Shown here one piece after another: positions 9,523 through 18,971 of a DNA stretch of 64,000 nucleotides. The stretch's first letter is position 1, and each line of letters opens with the position of its first letter. Position numbers and translations under genes: made by a program. The notes below the pieces were generated by a model. That model ran no database searches, was not told the origin of the DNA, and saw nothing but the letters and a program-made list of their open reading frames with translations. Source of the stretch: an uncultured Poribacteria bacterium (GTDB taxonomy: Bacteria > Poribacteria > WGA-4E > WGA-3G); assembly GCA_951813565.1 (NCBI GenBank), contig OX638351.1, positions 3,616,001-3,680,000 of the forward strand. The letters are read 5' to 3'.

Positions 9523-10269
9523 TCATGCTAAAAAGTTACCCACAATTTCACAAAACTGCGGCAATTGGTCAAGGTATGAGAAATGTCCAGCATCCTTGAG
9601 AATCACTAGTCCAGCGTCAGGTATCTCTTCCTCCATTATTCTCCCATACGATATAGGTGTATCTGTATCGTTCTCTCCCCAGATCAATAGCGTAGAAGCC
9701 TGAATCTTCGGTAATAGTGGACGCAAATTTTGATTTACGGATTTCACCATCGTTGCCCTCATCGGCCCTGCTTCCCTATAATCTTTTGAACCTACCCGCT
9801 GCGCTATACCGTCTGCCAGTCTGTCACCGAGTGTTCCACAATGTCGCATCAAATGTCCGATCTTCGCGAGACTAATCCGCATATAGTATTTCGCAGTTCG
9901 GGGTGGGATAATGCCAGCACTATCCACTAAAATCAGTTTATCTACCTTTTCCGGTTCTTCGGCTGCCATTACTATAGAGATTCTTCCTCCATAAGAGTGT
10001 CCAATCAGGTGTGCTTTGTTAATGTTGCGTTCGTAAAAAAAAGCAGAGACAAATTTAGCGTAATCTGAGGCATCCCACGCAGTCGGTGGTATCTCGCTTA
10101 GCCCGAATCCTGGAAGATCAAGTGCATAGACTTGGTGAGAACGTGATAGCTTATCAAAGACAGGTCTAAAACTATTTGCTTCACCACCCCATCCGTGTAG
10201 GAGAACAACGGGAGTGCCGGTTCCTTCAACCTGATAGGCAATTTTTAGATTATCTATTTCTGTGAACAT
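9523..10269 (-). CDS. Alpha/beta-fold hydrolase
   Basis: LLHGWG, DLPGFG, GHSYGG nucleophile elbow, WGENDTDTP, AGHFSY. Confidence 0.92.
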   Translation of the reverse strand: MFTEIDNLKIAYQVEGTGTPVVLLHGWGGEANSFRPVFDKLSRSHQVYALDLPGFGLSEIPPTAWDASDYAKFVSAFFYERNINKAHLIGHSYGGRISIVMAAEEPEKVDKLILVDSAGIIPPRTAKYYMRISLAKIGHLMRHCGTLGDRLADGIAQRVGSKDYREAGPMRATMVKSVNQNLRPLLPKIQASTLLIWGENDTDTPISYGRIMEEEIPDAGLVILKDAGHFSYLDQLPQFCEIVGNFLA

Positions 10270-10287
10270 TTCAATTCGTGAATTCGT

Positions 10288-11856
10288 CTACCGGACAACT
10301 GGCTGCTGTGACTGGACAAGTAACTGTTGTAATATTTTCGAGGCAACTTCGCGATCATCAAACGGAAATCTTTCACCGCGAATTTCTTGATAATTTTCAT
10401 GCCCTTTACCGGCAATCACGACGACATCACCTGGATGTGCATCCATGATAGCATGCCGAATTGCTTCACGTCGCTCCGGAATACACAAATATGCTGCATC
10501 ATGTGGTAAATTTGACACAATTTCTGAGATGATTTCATCGGGACTTTCCGTACGTGGATTGTCAGATGTAATTACGCTCACATCAGCAAGTTGAGTGGAA
10601 ATCGCACCCATTTTTGGACGTTTACCCCTATCACGGTCACCTCCACAACCAAACACAGAAATTAGTCGCCCTTCCGCGACCCCTCGAGCTGCAGTTAGGA
10701 CATTTTCCAGACCATCAGGGGTGTGGGCATAATCAACAATGACAGCAAAATCCTCATCTTGTTCAGATGGTGGATTAACTCGTTCAAAACGCCCAGGAAC
10801 AACAGTCGTAGCAAGTCCCTTGCGAATAGCTGCAGCACTGCACTTATAGCGGAGTCCTACCCCAATTGCAGCAAGAGCGTTGTAAACATTATATGCCCCT
10901 AACAAGTGGATTTTTGCCTCAATCTCCTGAAATAATGGTGTTGAAGTGTTGATGTTGCTATTACCTTTCGCCACTGTTGTAAAGGCTAACTGTTTTAGTG
11001 AAATTTCTACGTCTTGTGCCTTCAAATCTGCTTCTTTTTTAATTCCGTATGTTAGTATGTTTCCGTGGGACGCGATATGCTTAACGATGCAAGCCGTAGT
11101 TGGAGAATCTGCGTTCAATATCGCCACTCCTTGCGGACTCAACTGTTCAAATAGCATCAATTTCGCAGCAAGATAATTCTCCATCGTGCCGTGGTAGTCC
11201 AGATGGTCCTGTGTCAAATTGGTAAAAACAGCGGTATCGTAGGTGAGGCCAGTCAGTCGGTGTTGTGCCAGTCCTTGGGAAGAGGTTTCCATGATGACAT
11301 GTTCTATTCCTGCGTCAGCGATTTGCTTTAACATAGCATGGAGTTCAAACGCGTCAGGGGTCGTTAGAAGTGCGGGAATCTCAATTTTTGATGGACAGTT
11401 TCCGTTTGAGGTTGGATCTTTCGCATCAAATGTATGTCCCACTGTTCCTAAAACAGCGGTCTTCAACCCTTGCGCCTTCAGAATTCCATCTGTCAAATGT
11501 GCAGTAGATGTTTTGCCATTTGTGCCGGTAATACCAGTTAATTTCAGTCGTTTCGCTGGGTTACCGTGCCAATTGGCAGCACTTAAGGCTTGTGCTTTTC
11601 GTCCGTTAGAGGTGATTACGCCAGTTACATCATTGGGTAATTCAGATGTTCGTTTTTCTGAGATAATTGCTATTGCGCCGTTTTGGATAGCACCATCAAT
11701 AAAAGAGTGTCCATCAACGTTCAGTCCTTGGTAACAAACGAAGGCATACCCTGGCTTGACTTTTCGGTGGTCACTGACAACACCCTTAATTTCGGGATTT
11801 CGATCACCCGTGACTTCGGTGATTTCGATTCCATCCAGAAGGTTTTGGAGTCTCAT
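10288..11856 (-). CDS. murE: UDP-MurNAc-dipeptide--meso-DAP ligase
   Basis: GITGTNGKTST, TNLTQDHLDYH, VDYAHTPDG, GCGGDRD, DNPR (meso-DAP-type motif), AGKGHE. Confidence 0.96.
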   Translation of the reverse strand: MRLQNLLDGIEITEVTGDRNPEIKGVVSDHRKVKPGYAFVCYQGLNVDGHSFIDGAIQNGAIAIISEKRTSELPNDVTGVITSNGRKAQALSAANWHGNPAKRLKLTGITGTNGKTSTAHLTDGILKAQGLKTAVLGTVGHTFDAKDPTSNGNCPSKIEIPALLTTPDAFELHAMLKQIADAGIEHVIMETSSQGLAQHRLTGLTYDTAVFTNLTQDHLDYHGTMENYLAAKLMLFEQLSPQGVAILNADSPTTACIVKHIASHGNILTYGIKKEADLKAQDVEISLKQLAFTTVAKGNSNINTSTPLFQEIEAKIHLLGAYNVYNALAAIGVGLRYKCSAAAIRKGLATTVVPGRFERVNPPSEQDEDFAVIVDYAHTPDGLENVLTAARGVAEGRLISVFGCGGDRDRGKRPKMGAISTQLADVSVITSDNPRTESPDEIISEIVSNLPHDAAYLCIPERREAIRHAIMDAHPGDVVVIAGKGHENYQEIRGERFPFDDREVASKILQQLLVQSQQPVVR

Positions 11857-13787
11857 AACCCCTCTCCCTTCCTTACTAAAGTGTCGTCAGAAATTGGTGT
11901 GTGTTTAATTAGCGAATGACCCGTTTTGCCTGTCTTCCCTTTTTTGGGGAGAGAAGTATTAATTTTATTGGGCGGTTGATTTGATAACTGTGTGTTAGCA
12001 ATCCGCGTAACCGTTCCGTTTCCGTCGACATATTTATGGTCAGAAGTACTTTTCCGCTTTGGTGTTGAGTCGAAAAAATGTGTTTGCTCAATATGTTTAA
12101 GAGTTTGCTTGGCAATCCGTTTGAAAATAGGCGCTACGATCCGACCACTAAATCTTTCACCGGTGGGTTCATCCAATGTGACAATAATGGCAATTTTAGG
12201 TGCGTCAGCGGGAAGAAATCCCATAAAGGACATGACCTCTTTACCTGCAGCATAGCCCTTGCCTTTTTCAGCTTTCTGCGCTGTTCCGGTTTTGCCAGCG
12301 ATACTAATACCTTCTATTTTGGCTTTCATGCCACTTCCTTTTTCAACCACACCGACAAGAATATCTGTCATCTGCTTGGCAATTTCCGGACGCAAAACCC
12401 GTCTTATCTTAGCAGGACGGTTCTTTTTAATTAGGTTTCCTTGCGCATCTCGGATTTCTTTAGTGATATAAGGTCGGTGTAAGATACCTCCATTGGCAAT
12501 GACAGCCAAAGCGTTAACCATCTGTAACGGTGTAACAGAGATGCCCTGCCCAAATGGTACAGCACCAAGAGAGTTCGTGTCCCACCGCCTCAGTGCGTAT
12601 AAGTTACCACGCTGTTCATACGGCAGATCAATACCAGTCTTTTCTCCAAAGCCGTATCTATCTACATACGTTTCAAAAAGCTCAGGTCCTAACTCCTGAA
12701 CAATTTTTATCATTCCGATATTGCTTGATTTTTGTATAACTTGTTCAAGTGATAACCATCCTTTTCCTGAGACATCTTTTATAACGCGTCGCTTACCAAT
12801 GCGGTAACGTCCATTATGACAAAAGACCGTTGATTCAGGTGTCATAATGCTTTCATTTAGAACTGCGGAAGAGGCAATAATTTTGAAGATAGACCCCGGT
12901 TCAAACAGGTACCAAATGCCAAGGTTACGTTTTGCTTCTTCATCAGCGTTTGTTTGGCAATTAATATCGTAAGTCGGATAACTTGCCATCGCCAATATTT
13001 CTGAAGTTTCTACTGCAAGGACAATGGCAGTACCTTTCGGAGCGTTCCAATCTTTACATCCTTCCGCCAGTTCCTTTTCGACAATGTCTTGAATCACTTG
13101 ATCAAGGGTTAGAACTACGTTACATCCACTGTTTCCAAGTGTTTCGGTAGTAGATTGTGTTTGAAGACCGGCAGATGTTAACGCCGCGCTCCTCTGATAT
13201 TGCGGTGAATGTAGTTTTTCAAGGTACGTGTTATACTGATACTCAATTCCTTCGCCCGCATTTAAATCGTTAAGGTAGCCGATGACCTGTGCTGCAAGAG
13301 TCTTCTTCGGATAGACCCGGTTCGGTTCAACCTCAACTTTAAGTCCTCTATGTTTTTTAGTGATGTCTCGAATAGCATCTAACTTGTCATAGTCCACACT
13401 TTTTTTAAGATAGACAAATTCAACGTACTCTCCATTTCGCTTCCGTTTTAGCTGCGCTAATAGTTCCGAATTGGTGGTATTCAATAACGGGGCTAATTCG
13501 GCCGCAACGATGTGCGCATTAGATTTCCTGTTGAAGGTTTTGGGATCTGCGCAAACTGCAAGCTGGTCTTGGCTAATCGCTAACACGCTTCCGTAACGAT
13601 CAAGAATCTTACCACGTTTGACCTCGTGCTTTGATCGAGAACGCCAATCCTTTCGGGACTTCATCGGGGTATCCTCGTTCGGATATTGAAGCAGGAAAAG
13701 TTTGGCTATCAATACCAAGAAGCCTAACTGTAAAACTATTAGGGTGAAAACAAGTCTGCGAATTGAGAGATAACTGTTATTTTTCAT
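11853..13787 (-). CDS. ftsI: Class B penicillin-binding protein (PBP3/FtsI type)
   Basis: N-terminal TM, RGKILDR, EPGSIFK (SxxK), KSSNIG (SxN), KTGTAQ (KTG); dcw position. Confidence 0.9.
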   Translation of the reverse strand: MKNNSYLSIRRLVFTLIVLQLGFLVLIAKLFLLQYPNEDTPMKSRKDWRSRSKHEVKRGKILDRYGSVLAISQDQLAVCADPKTFNRKSNAHIVAAELAPLLNTTNSELLAQLKRKRNGEYVEFVYLKKSVDYDKLDAIRDITKKHRGLKVEVEPNRVYPKKTLAAQVIGYLNDLNAGEGIEYQYNTYLEKLHSPQYQRSAALTSAGLQTQSTTETLGNSGCNVVLTLDQVIQDIVEKELAEGCKDWNAPKGTAIVLAVETSEILAMASYPTYDINCQTNADEEAKRNLGIWYLFEPGSIFKIIASSAVLNESIMTPESTVFCHNGRYRIGKRRVIKDVSGKGWLSLEQVIQKSSNIGMIKIVQELGPELFETYVDRYGFGEKTGIDLPYEQRGNLYALRRWDTNSLGAVPFGQGISVTPLQMVNALAVIANGGILHRPYITKEIRDAQGNLIKKNRPAKIRRVLRPEIAKQMTDILVGVVEKGSGMKAKIEGISIAGKTGTAQKAEKGKGYAAGKEVMSFMGFLPADAPKIAIIVTLDEPTGERFSGRIVAPIFKRIAKQTLKHIEQTHFFDSTPKRKSTSDHKYVDGNGTVTRIANTQLSNQPPNKINTSLPKKGKTGKTGHSLIKHTPISDDTLVRKGEGL

Positions 13788-13902
13788 AATCCCATTGTGC
13801 CTTTCTGGAATACTATGGCAAGATGCATTATTCACATCAAATTAACTACACACCGTTAGAACAGATTACACGATTCTATTCCGGACTGTTTACCTACTCA
13901 CA

Positions 13903-14199
13903 CTACCTTTCCCAGATATCTATTGATTTTGTTGTAGGTTCAACTAATCCTAATTCCTTAATGAGCGAACGGACCCTTTCAACATCAGTTAATGCGCTTT
14001 CTTCTAATTCAAGTTTAAGAATTTCGTTCTGAATTTTCTCCGCCTGTCCCCTAAAGAGAGGTTTATGTCGTAAGTGAACGTTTTTCGCATAAGACGAAAA
14101 CCAAACGCTTGCAGCAAAAACACATAAAGATAATGCTAAAACAAAATATACAAAAAACATTGCAACTTTAGGCTTCGATTCCGATTTTTGTCTAAACAT
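13903..14199 (-). CDS. ftsL: Probable cell division protein FtsL (single TM plus coiled coil)
   Basis: 98 aa, TM followed by leucine heptads, ends ELGL; located between rsmH and ftsI. Confidence 0.65.
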   Translation of the reverse strand: MFRQKSESKPKVAMFFVYFVLALSLCVFAASVWFSSYAKNVHLRHKPLFRGQAEKIQNEILKLELEESALTDVERVRSLIKELGLVEPTTKSIDIWER

Positions 14200-14293
14200 T
14201 GTTAAGTAAGTACTTCTTGAGATTCCGCATTTTATAGTATACGATAGATTTCAAATTTTAGATACAATTTTTTCTAAGTATTAGCTGAATCGT

Positions 14294-15262
14294 TTACACT
14301 CTGATTGCCACCCGTAATTTTGCACTGCGCGCACGCGGATTTGCTGCAATTTCGCTTGCCGATGGTAAAACAGGCCTGTTTGTTACAACCTGTAAGACTT
14401 GTTGATGTTCACAGATACAGATAGGGGTTTTCGGCGGGCAAATACAAGTTTTTGCCAACTGCCGAAATTGTCTTTTTACTATCCGATCTTCAAGTGAGTG
14501 AAAACTTATAACGCAGAGACATCCACCTGGTTTCAAGACAGAGACAGCAGCGTCTAATCCAAGTGCGAGATTGTCAAGTTCGGCGTTGACCTCAATTCGC
14601 AATGCCTGAAAAACGCGGGTGGAAGGGTGAATCTCTCTCCTCTTTTGTCTGTTCTGCGCGGAGGCTTTTGAACGCTTAGCTTTGATAGAATAGGCATTCT
14701 CAACGATTTCGGAAAGTTGGAATGTTGTCGTTATCGGTTTTTTCGCTCGTGCCGCCACAATGTTTTGAGCGATCCGTTTCGCATAACGTTCTTCACCGTA
14801 TTCTTTGAATATCTTAATCAATTTGTCGGGTGTACTGTCGTTGACAATATGTGTCGCTGACGTAGGCATTTTCACATCCATACGCATATCCAAGGGGCCT
14901 GAATATTGAAAACTAAATCCTCTATTAGATGTATCCAGTTGTAATGAGGACACTCCAAGGTCCAACAATACACCGTCTACTTGATGGATACCATCCGTTT
15001 CCAATATCTCCTGAAGTTGGACAAAATTCCCATGGTTCAGGCTGAGCCTTTCTTTGAACGCTTGTAACCTTTTGTTGGCTATAGCAAGCGCATCTGCATC
15101 CATGTCAATCCCGATGAGCTGACCGGTTGGGTGAGATTTTTTTAAAATCCAAAGACTATGCCCACCTAATCCAATTGTGGCATCTACATAAATTCCTCCC
15201 GATTTCGGTTTGAGAAAATCGAGTACTTCATTACGTAAAACTGGAATATGCGTTTCCGACAT
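14294..15262 (-). CDS. rsmH: 16S rRNA m4C1402 methyltransferase
   Basis: HIPVL, DATIGLGGHS, DLGVSSLQLD, FQALRIEVN, SFHSLEDRIVK, NPRARSAKLR; ATG 15262 with GAGG SD. Confidence 0.96.
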   Translation of the reverse strand: MSETHIPVLRNEVLDFLKPKSGGIYVDATIGLGGHSLWILKKSHPTGQLIGIDMDADALAIANKRLQAFKERLSLNHGNFVQLQEILETDGIHQVDGVLLDLGVSSLQLDTSNRGFSFQYSGPLDMRMDVKMPTSATHIVNDSTPDKLIKIFKEYGEERYAKRIAQNIVAARAKKPITTTFQLSEIVENAYSIKAKRSKASAQNRQKRREIHPSTRVFQALRIEVNAELDNLALGLDAAVSVLKPGGCLCVISFHSLEDRIVKRQFRQLAKTCICPPKTPICICEHQQVLQVVTNRPVLPSASEIAANPRARSAKLRVAIRV

Positions 15263-15290
15263 AAGTGTTACCTCTTTTATGTTAGATTCT

Positions 15291-15307
15291 AGCAAGAATT
15301 GTGCCAA
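15291..15307 (-). promoter_or_regulatory. Putative sigma-54 (-24/-12) promoter of the dcw cluster
   Basis: Minus strand reads TTGGCACAATTCTTGCT (GG-N10-GC), about 30 nt upstream of the rsmH ATG. Confidence 0.65.
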
Positions 15308-15333
15308 TTTTTAAGGTAATTTTAAATTAAATC

Positions 15334-15584
15334 TACAGTCTATCTCATAAATCGTTAAATACGTTTCCTTACACAGGTTCTACATTCATCGTAGGGGCGG
15401 GTCCCTGTGCCCGCCCATTGTTTACACTTATGAGAGAGATGGCGAGGCACCAAATCAAGAAATCAACGGTATGAATCATGGCGAATGCCATATGCGCATT
15501 CGTCTTTAGTCATTCACCGGGTCCGAATGCCTTATGGCATTCCCCGGGACCTCGCCCTACAAATGATTTATGAGATACGCTCTA
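15334..15584. mobile_element. MITE with TA(C/G)AG..TATCTCATAAATC TIRs carrying a GTAGGGGCG...CGCCCTAC REP-like pair and a micro-element composite (15451-15545)
   Basis: TACAGTCTATCTCATAAATC vs GATTTATGAGATACGCTCTA (17/20); same ends at 52376-52556 and a single end at 34569. Confidence 0.8.
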
Positions 15585-15818
15585 AAAATAATTTTGACAC
15601 AGGGTATGTAAAGTTTTTGTCAAGTTAACAACAAAAAGTGAGCTTTGGGTTTCGCTCTACCCTACGATAGAAACTTATGAGTAACACGCATCAACTGATA
15701 ATTCTTAAAACTAAACAACCGTGCTCTCGTCTTAAGGATAGTCACGACCTTCAGTTAAAGCCATGTTTTACTAAAGAAAATTGCCCGCTATATTCATAAC
15801 AATTGGTATCTAACCCTA

Positions 15819-15877
15819 TTTTTGTTGCCATTTGTTTATGTTTTTTGTTGCCATTTGTTTAAAAGTTACGTTACAAT
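15819..15877 (+). promoter_or_regulatory. 20-bp direct repeat overlapping a candidate sigma-70 promoter of slt
   Basis: TTTTTGTTGCCATTTGTTTA at 15819 and 15842; TTGCCA-18-TACAAT. Confidence 0.4.
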
Positions 15878-15957
15878 TAATCATTTATGAGGAAAGTTTA
15901 TTCCTGCATCGCTTTTATACTAATTCTTGTCATTCAACTCTATTCTCGTGATTTTAA

Positions 15958-18258
15958 ATGAGGAGGATAAAAAGCGTATATCTACGCTTATCATTTATAA
16001 AAATGGAAACCGTACAGTCTTTTGCTAAAACTCACATCACTAAAATTCGAAAATTTCTAATAGGTTCATTTGCTCTTGTCCTATGCTGGTTCATATCTGG
16101 AACGCTGGTTTCCGCGGAACAAAGGCATAGTCCAATATGGGAAGCTGCTTTTGCAGCTATTGATAAGGGTAATCGTAAACTTGCCGTCTCAAAATTAGAA
16201 AGTTTACTACAGACTGATCTGTCCGAATCGGAAAAACTGGAAATACACCATGCACTTGGTTACAACTATGAGAAGCTGCGAAATCGTCCACAAGCAGTTC
16301 GGCATTACGTAAGGGCTGTCACACGTAATTACCCTCTCGCGGATAGTGCAGCGTATCGTCTTGCCAAGCTTTATGAAGGTATGAATAACGACATAAAAGC
16401 AATAAAATGGTATACGCAGCTCGTAAAGGACTATCCGACAAGCGCATATCTCACCGATGCAAAATGGACACTTGCTCAACTACATTTAAAACATAAGCAG
16501 TATAAAGAAGCAAAATCATTATTAGTTGAGATTATAGACAGACAACGTTATATACGAAAGGCAACTTATGCGTTAGGGCGTTGTGAAGAAGGATTAGGCA
16601 ACTTTTCAAAGGCGTTTCAAATACATCAAAAACTTATTGTTGAAAAGCATTCAGATTCAGTGGCAGAAGATGCTGTCGGCAAGTTAAAAATGCTTGCACG
16701 AGATCGTAAATCGCTTGTGTTGACTGTTAATGACCGTTTGAATTGCGGATTAGTGCATTATTACAATGGAAATTGGAAATCGGCAATCACAGCACTTACG
16801 ACACTTACGAAAAGATCAGACCTGAAACTGAGAGGTCGTGCCCTCTATTATATCGGACAAAGTTATCAAGGACGGAAATGGTATAATACAGCAATTAAAC
16901 AATACAATGCCGTTATCGCTCTGGGTACCAAAACAGATTATTTAACCCGTGCACACTACCAAATCGCACAGTGCTATAGAAAAAAAGGAAACCTAACAAC
17001 CGCTGTAAACCGCCTTGAAAGTTTTGTGAAAACCTATCCGTGGAGCCAATTGATAGATGAGGCACTATACGATATTGCAAGTATTCATGAAAAACGGGAG
17101 AAGTCAGAATTAGCACTCAATGCCTATTCAAGGTTAATAAAAGTAGCTCCTGGTAGCGAATATGCCGATTGGGCAGCGTGGCGAATTGGATGGCGACGGT
17201 TTGACGAAAAACGTTATGAAGAAAGTTACAAAGCGTTCAAAGGCTTAAAAGAGAACTTTCCCGGTAACCGATATGCGATGGGGGCACATTTTTGGATGGC
17301 GAAGATACGAGAACGCCAAAACAAACCGCAACTTGCTAAAGAAATATATACTGAGGTAGCGAAGGCACGATACTGGTATTACAGTGCAAGAGCAAAGGCG
17401 ATTCTTAGAATCACTGCTTCCGAGTTAGAACCGAAGGCGATACCAGATGCCAAATTGCCATCACAAAAAACGTGTCCTGAGCATCTGCCAATATTGATGC
17501 AGCTAAGACTCTATGAAGACGCTGTGTATCAGCTTACCCGTTACATTAACGCGACACCAAACGCTGCACAGGAATGTTTCTATGCTTTAATTACCTGTTA
17601 TGAAAATTTGTCTATGTATGACAAAGCACGTGAGGTGGCAGATAAGGCACTCATCAGTCCATCATTTGATAATCTTGCGAGTACAGATTTAGCCAAGTTT
17701 CGTCAATGGCTCTATCCACTGCACTATGAACAATTGGTTAAGAAGTACGCTAAGCAGTATAATGTAGATACTGCCTTAATTTACGCGATGATCTTAGAAG
17801 AGAGTAGATATCGGAAAGACGCGATTAGTTGGGCAGGTGCGATTGGTCTGATGCAGATTATGCCCGCGACTGGAAGGCAACTTGCACGGGAACTCAAAAT
17901 TCGTCGATTCCGCACCTCAATGTTAAAGGACCCTGAAATTAATATCCGAATGGGAACCAAATATATCGGTTATCTCAACTCAATTTTTGATGATAATGCA
18001 ATGCTGGTGACCGGTGCATACAATGGAGGTCCAGGACGCATGCGGCGGTGGTTGGATTCGAAAAATATCAAGGACCTTGATGAATTTGTTGAAAAGATTA
18101 CCATCCGAGAAACACGGCTACACATCAAAAAGGTTATCAACAGTTATGATAATTATGTTGAGATCTATGGACAACCAGAGGTGCCAGCAGTAAATTCTGC
18201 TTTTGATGCTCCAAAAGAGCAGCTTAATACGCCTATTCTTGGGAAACTGAGTGAATGA
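15958..18258 (+). CDS. slt: TPR-repeat soluble lytic transglycosylase (Slt70-like)
   Basis: Signal/TM segment, many TPRs, C-terminal SLT domain (ILEES, GAIGLMQIMPATG, AYNGGPG, ETRLHIKKV); start may be 16003. Confidence 0.88.
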   Translation: MRRIKSVYLRLSFIKMETVQSFAKTHITKIRKFLIGSFALVLCWFISGTLVSAEQRHSPIWEAAFAAIDKGNRKLAVSKLESLLQTDLSESEKLEIHHALGYNYEKLRNRPQAVRHYVRAVTRNYPLADSAAYRLAKLYEGMNNDIKAIKWYTQLVKDYPTSAYLTDAKWTLAQLHLKHKQYKEAKSLLVEIIDRQRYIRKATYALGRCEEGLGNFSKAFQIHQKLIVEKHSDSVAEDAVGKLKMLARDRKSLVLTVNDRLNCGLVHYYNGNWKSAITALTTLTKRSDLKLRGRALYYIGQSYQGRKWYNTAIKQYNAVIALGTKTDYLTRAHYQIAQCYRKKGNLTTAVNRLESFVKTYPWSQLIDEALYDIASIHEKREKSELALNAYSRLIKVAPGSEYADWAAWRIGWRRFDEKRYEESYKAFKGLKENFPGNRYAMGAHFWMAKIRERQNKPQLAKEIYTEVAKARYWYYSARAKAILRITASELEPKAIPDAKLPSQKTCPEHLPILMQLRLYEDAVYQLTRYINATPNAAQECFYALITCYENLSMYDKAREVADKALISPSFDNLASTDLAKFRQWLYPLHYEQLVKKYAKQYNVDTALIYAMILEESRYRKDAISWAGAIGLMQIMPATGRQLARELKIRRFRTSMLKDPEINIRMGTKYIGYLNSIFDDNAMLVTGAYNGGPGRMRRWLDSKNIKDLDEFVEKITIRETRLHIKKVINSYDNYVEIYGQPEVPAVNSAFDAPKEQLNTPILGKLSE

Positions 18259-18406
18259 ATACAGTAAACCCAAAAAGTTGGAATTTTTGAAACTTAGAAT
18301 GTAATACATACGTAATTCAGTGTAGTTAGTGGATATGATGTCCTTATTACGAATTATATTCTCTGCATAGGGAATTCAAGAATGAATAATCGAAACGTTA
18401 ATACCA

Positions 18407-18565
18407 ACGTGAGTTTGATAATTAACTGGACAGGCAAAAATTGAACAGAGAACGGGCATATTTGCTGAAAAAATCGTTATTTTGGTGTTTTTAACCCCTA
18501 AATCCCCCTTATCAGAGGACTTTAAGAGGAAATGTAGAAATCCTAACTATTTATCAAACTCACGT
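18407..18565. mobile_element. MITE with 15-bp perfect TIR and 8-bp TSD (IS982-like ends)
   Basis: ACGTGAGTTTGATAA / TTATCAAACTCACGT; TAATACCA duplicated at 18399-18406 and 18566-18573. Confidence 0.88.
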
Positions 18566-18890
18566 TAATACCACAATTCAAAAAGTGAACACATCAGGCA
18601 CCGGTTACCTCAGCAAGATTTGCCCATGTTTAATCCTTGATGGATGTGTTTTAACTATTAGTTACTACCCCCCCTACTTCACATTCGTTAATTTTACAAG
18701 TTTATAAGGTCGTATCGCAGACGTCAAAGACTGCGATATTTTCGCGCCCGCAGGCGCATTTCGTTTTTACGGAATGTCTCGCCGCGGGCTTTTGTTGTTG
18801 CATTGTAGACATCTACAATGCTTTGCTTCCTTATTTCGTAAGCGCACATATAGGATGGGTGCAAGAAATAAGAGAAGTTCTAATTTATTG

Positions 18891-18933
18891 TTTACACACA
18901 ATCAGGAGACGTGCTATAATAAATACGTCTCCT
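18891..18933 (+). promoter_or_regulatory. Sigma-70-like promoter with the -10 box enclosed in a palindrome
   Basis: TTTACA-18-TATAAT with extended TG; AGGAGACGT...ACGTCTCCT arms at 18904-18933. Confidence 0.55.
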
Positions 18934-18971
18934 CGTATCATTTATTATGTTTGAAAAGGAGACTTTAAGAA

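Noticed and set aside
8928..9599. ORFs 8928-9128 and 9288-9599
   Set aside because: They are translations of palindromic repeat DNA, with no SD or protein-like features
18711..18820. Cluster of small hairpins upstream of the secreted-protein pair (possible ncRNA or riboswitch)
   Set aside because: No recognisable riboswitch consensus; cannot be supported without a covariance search
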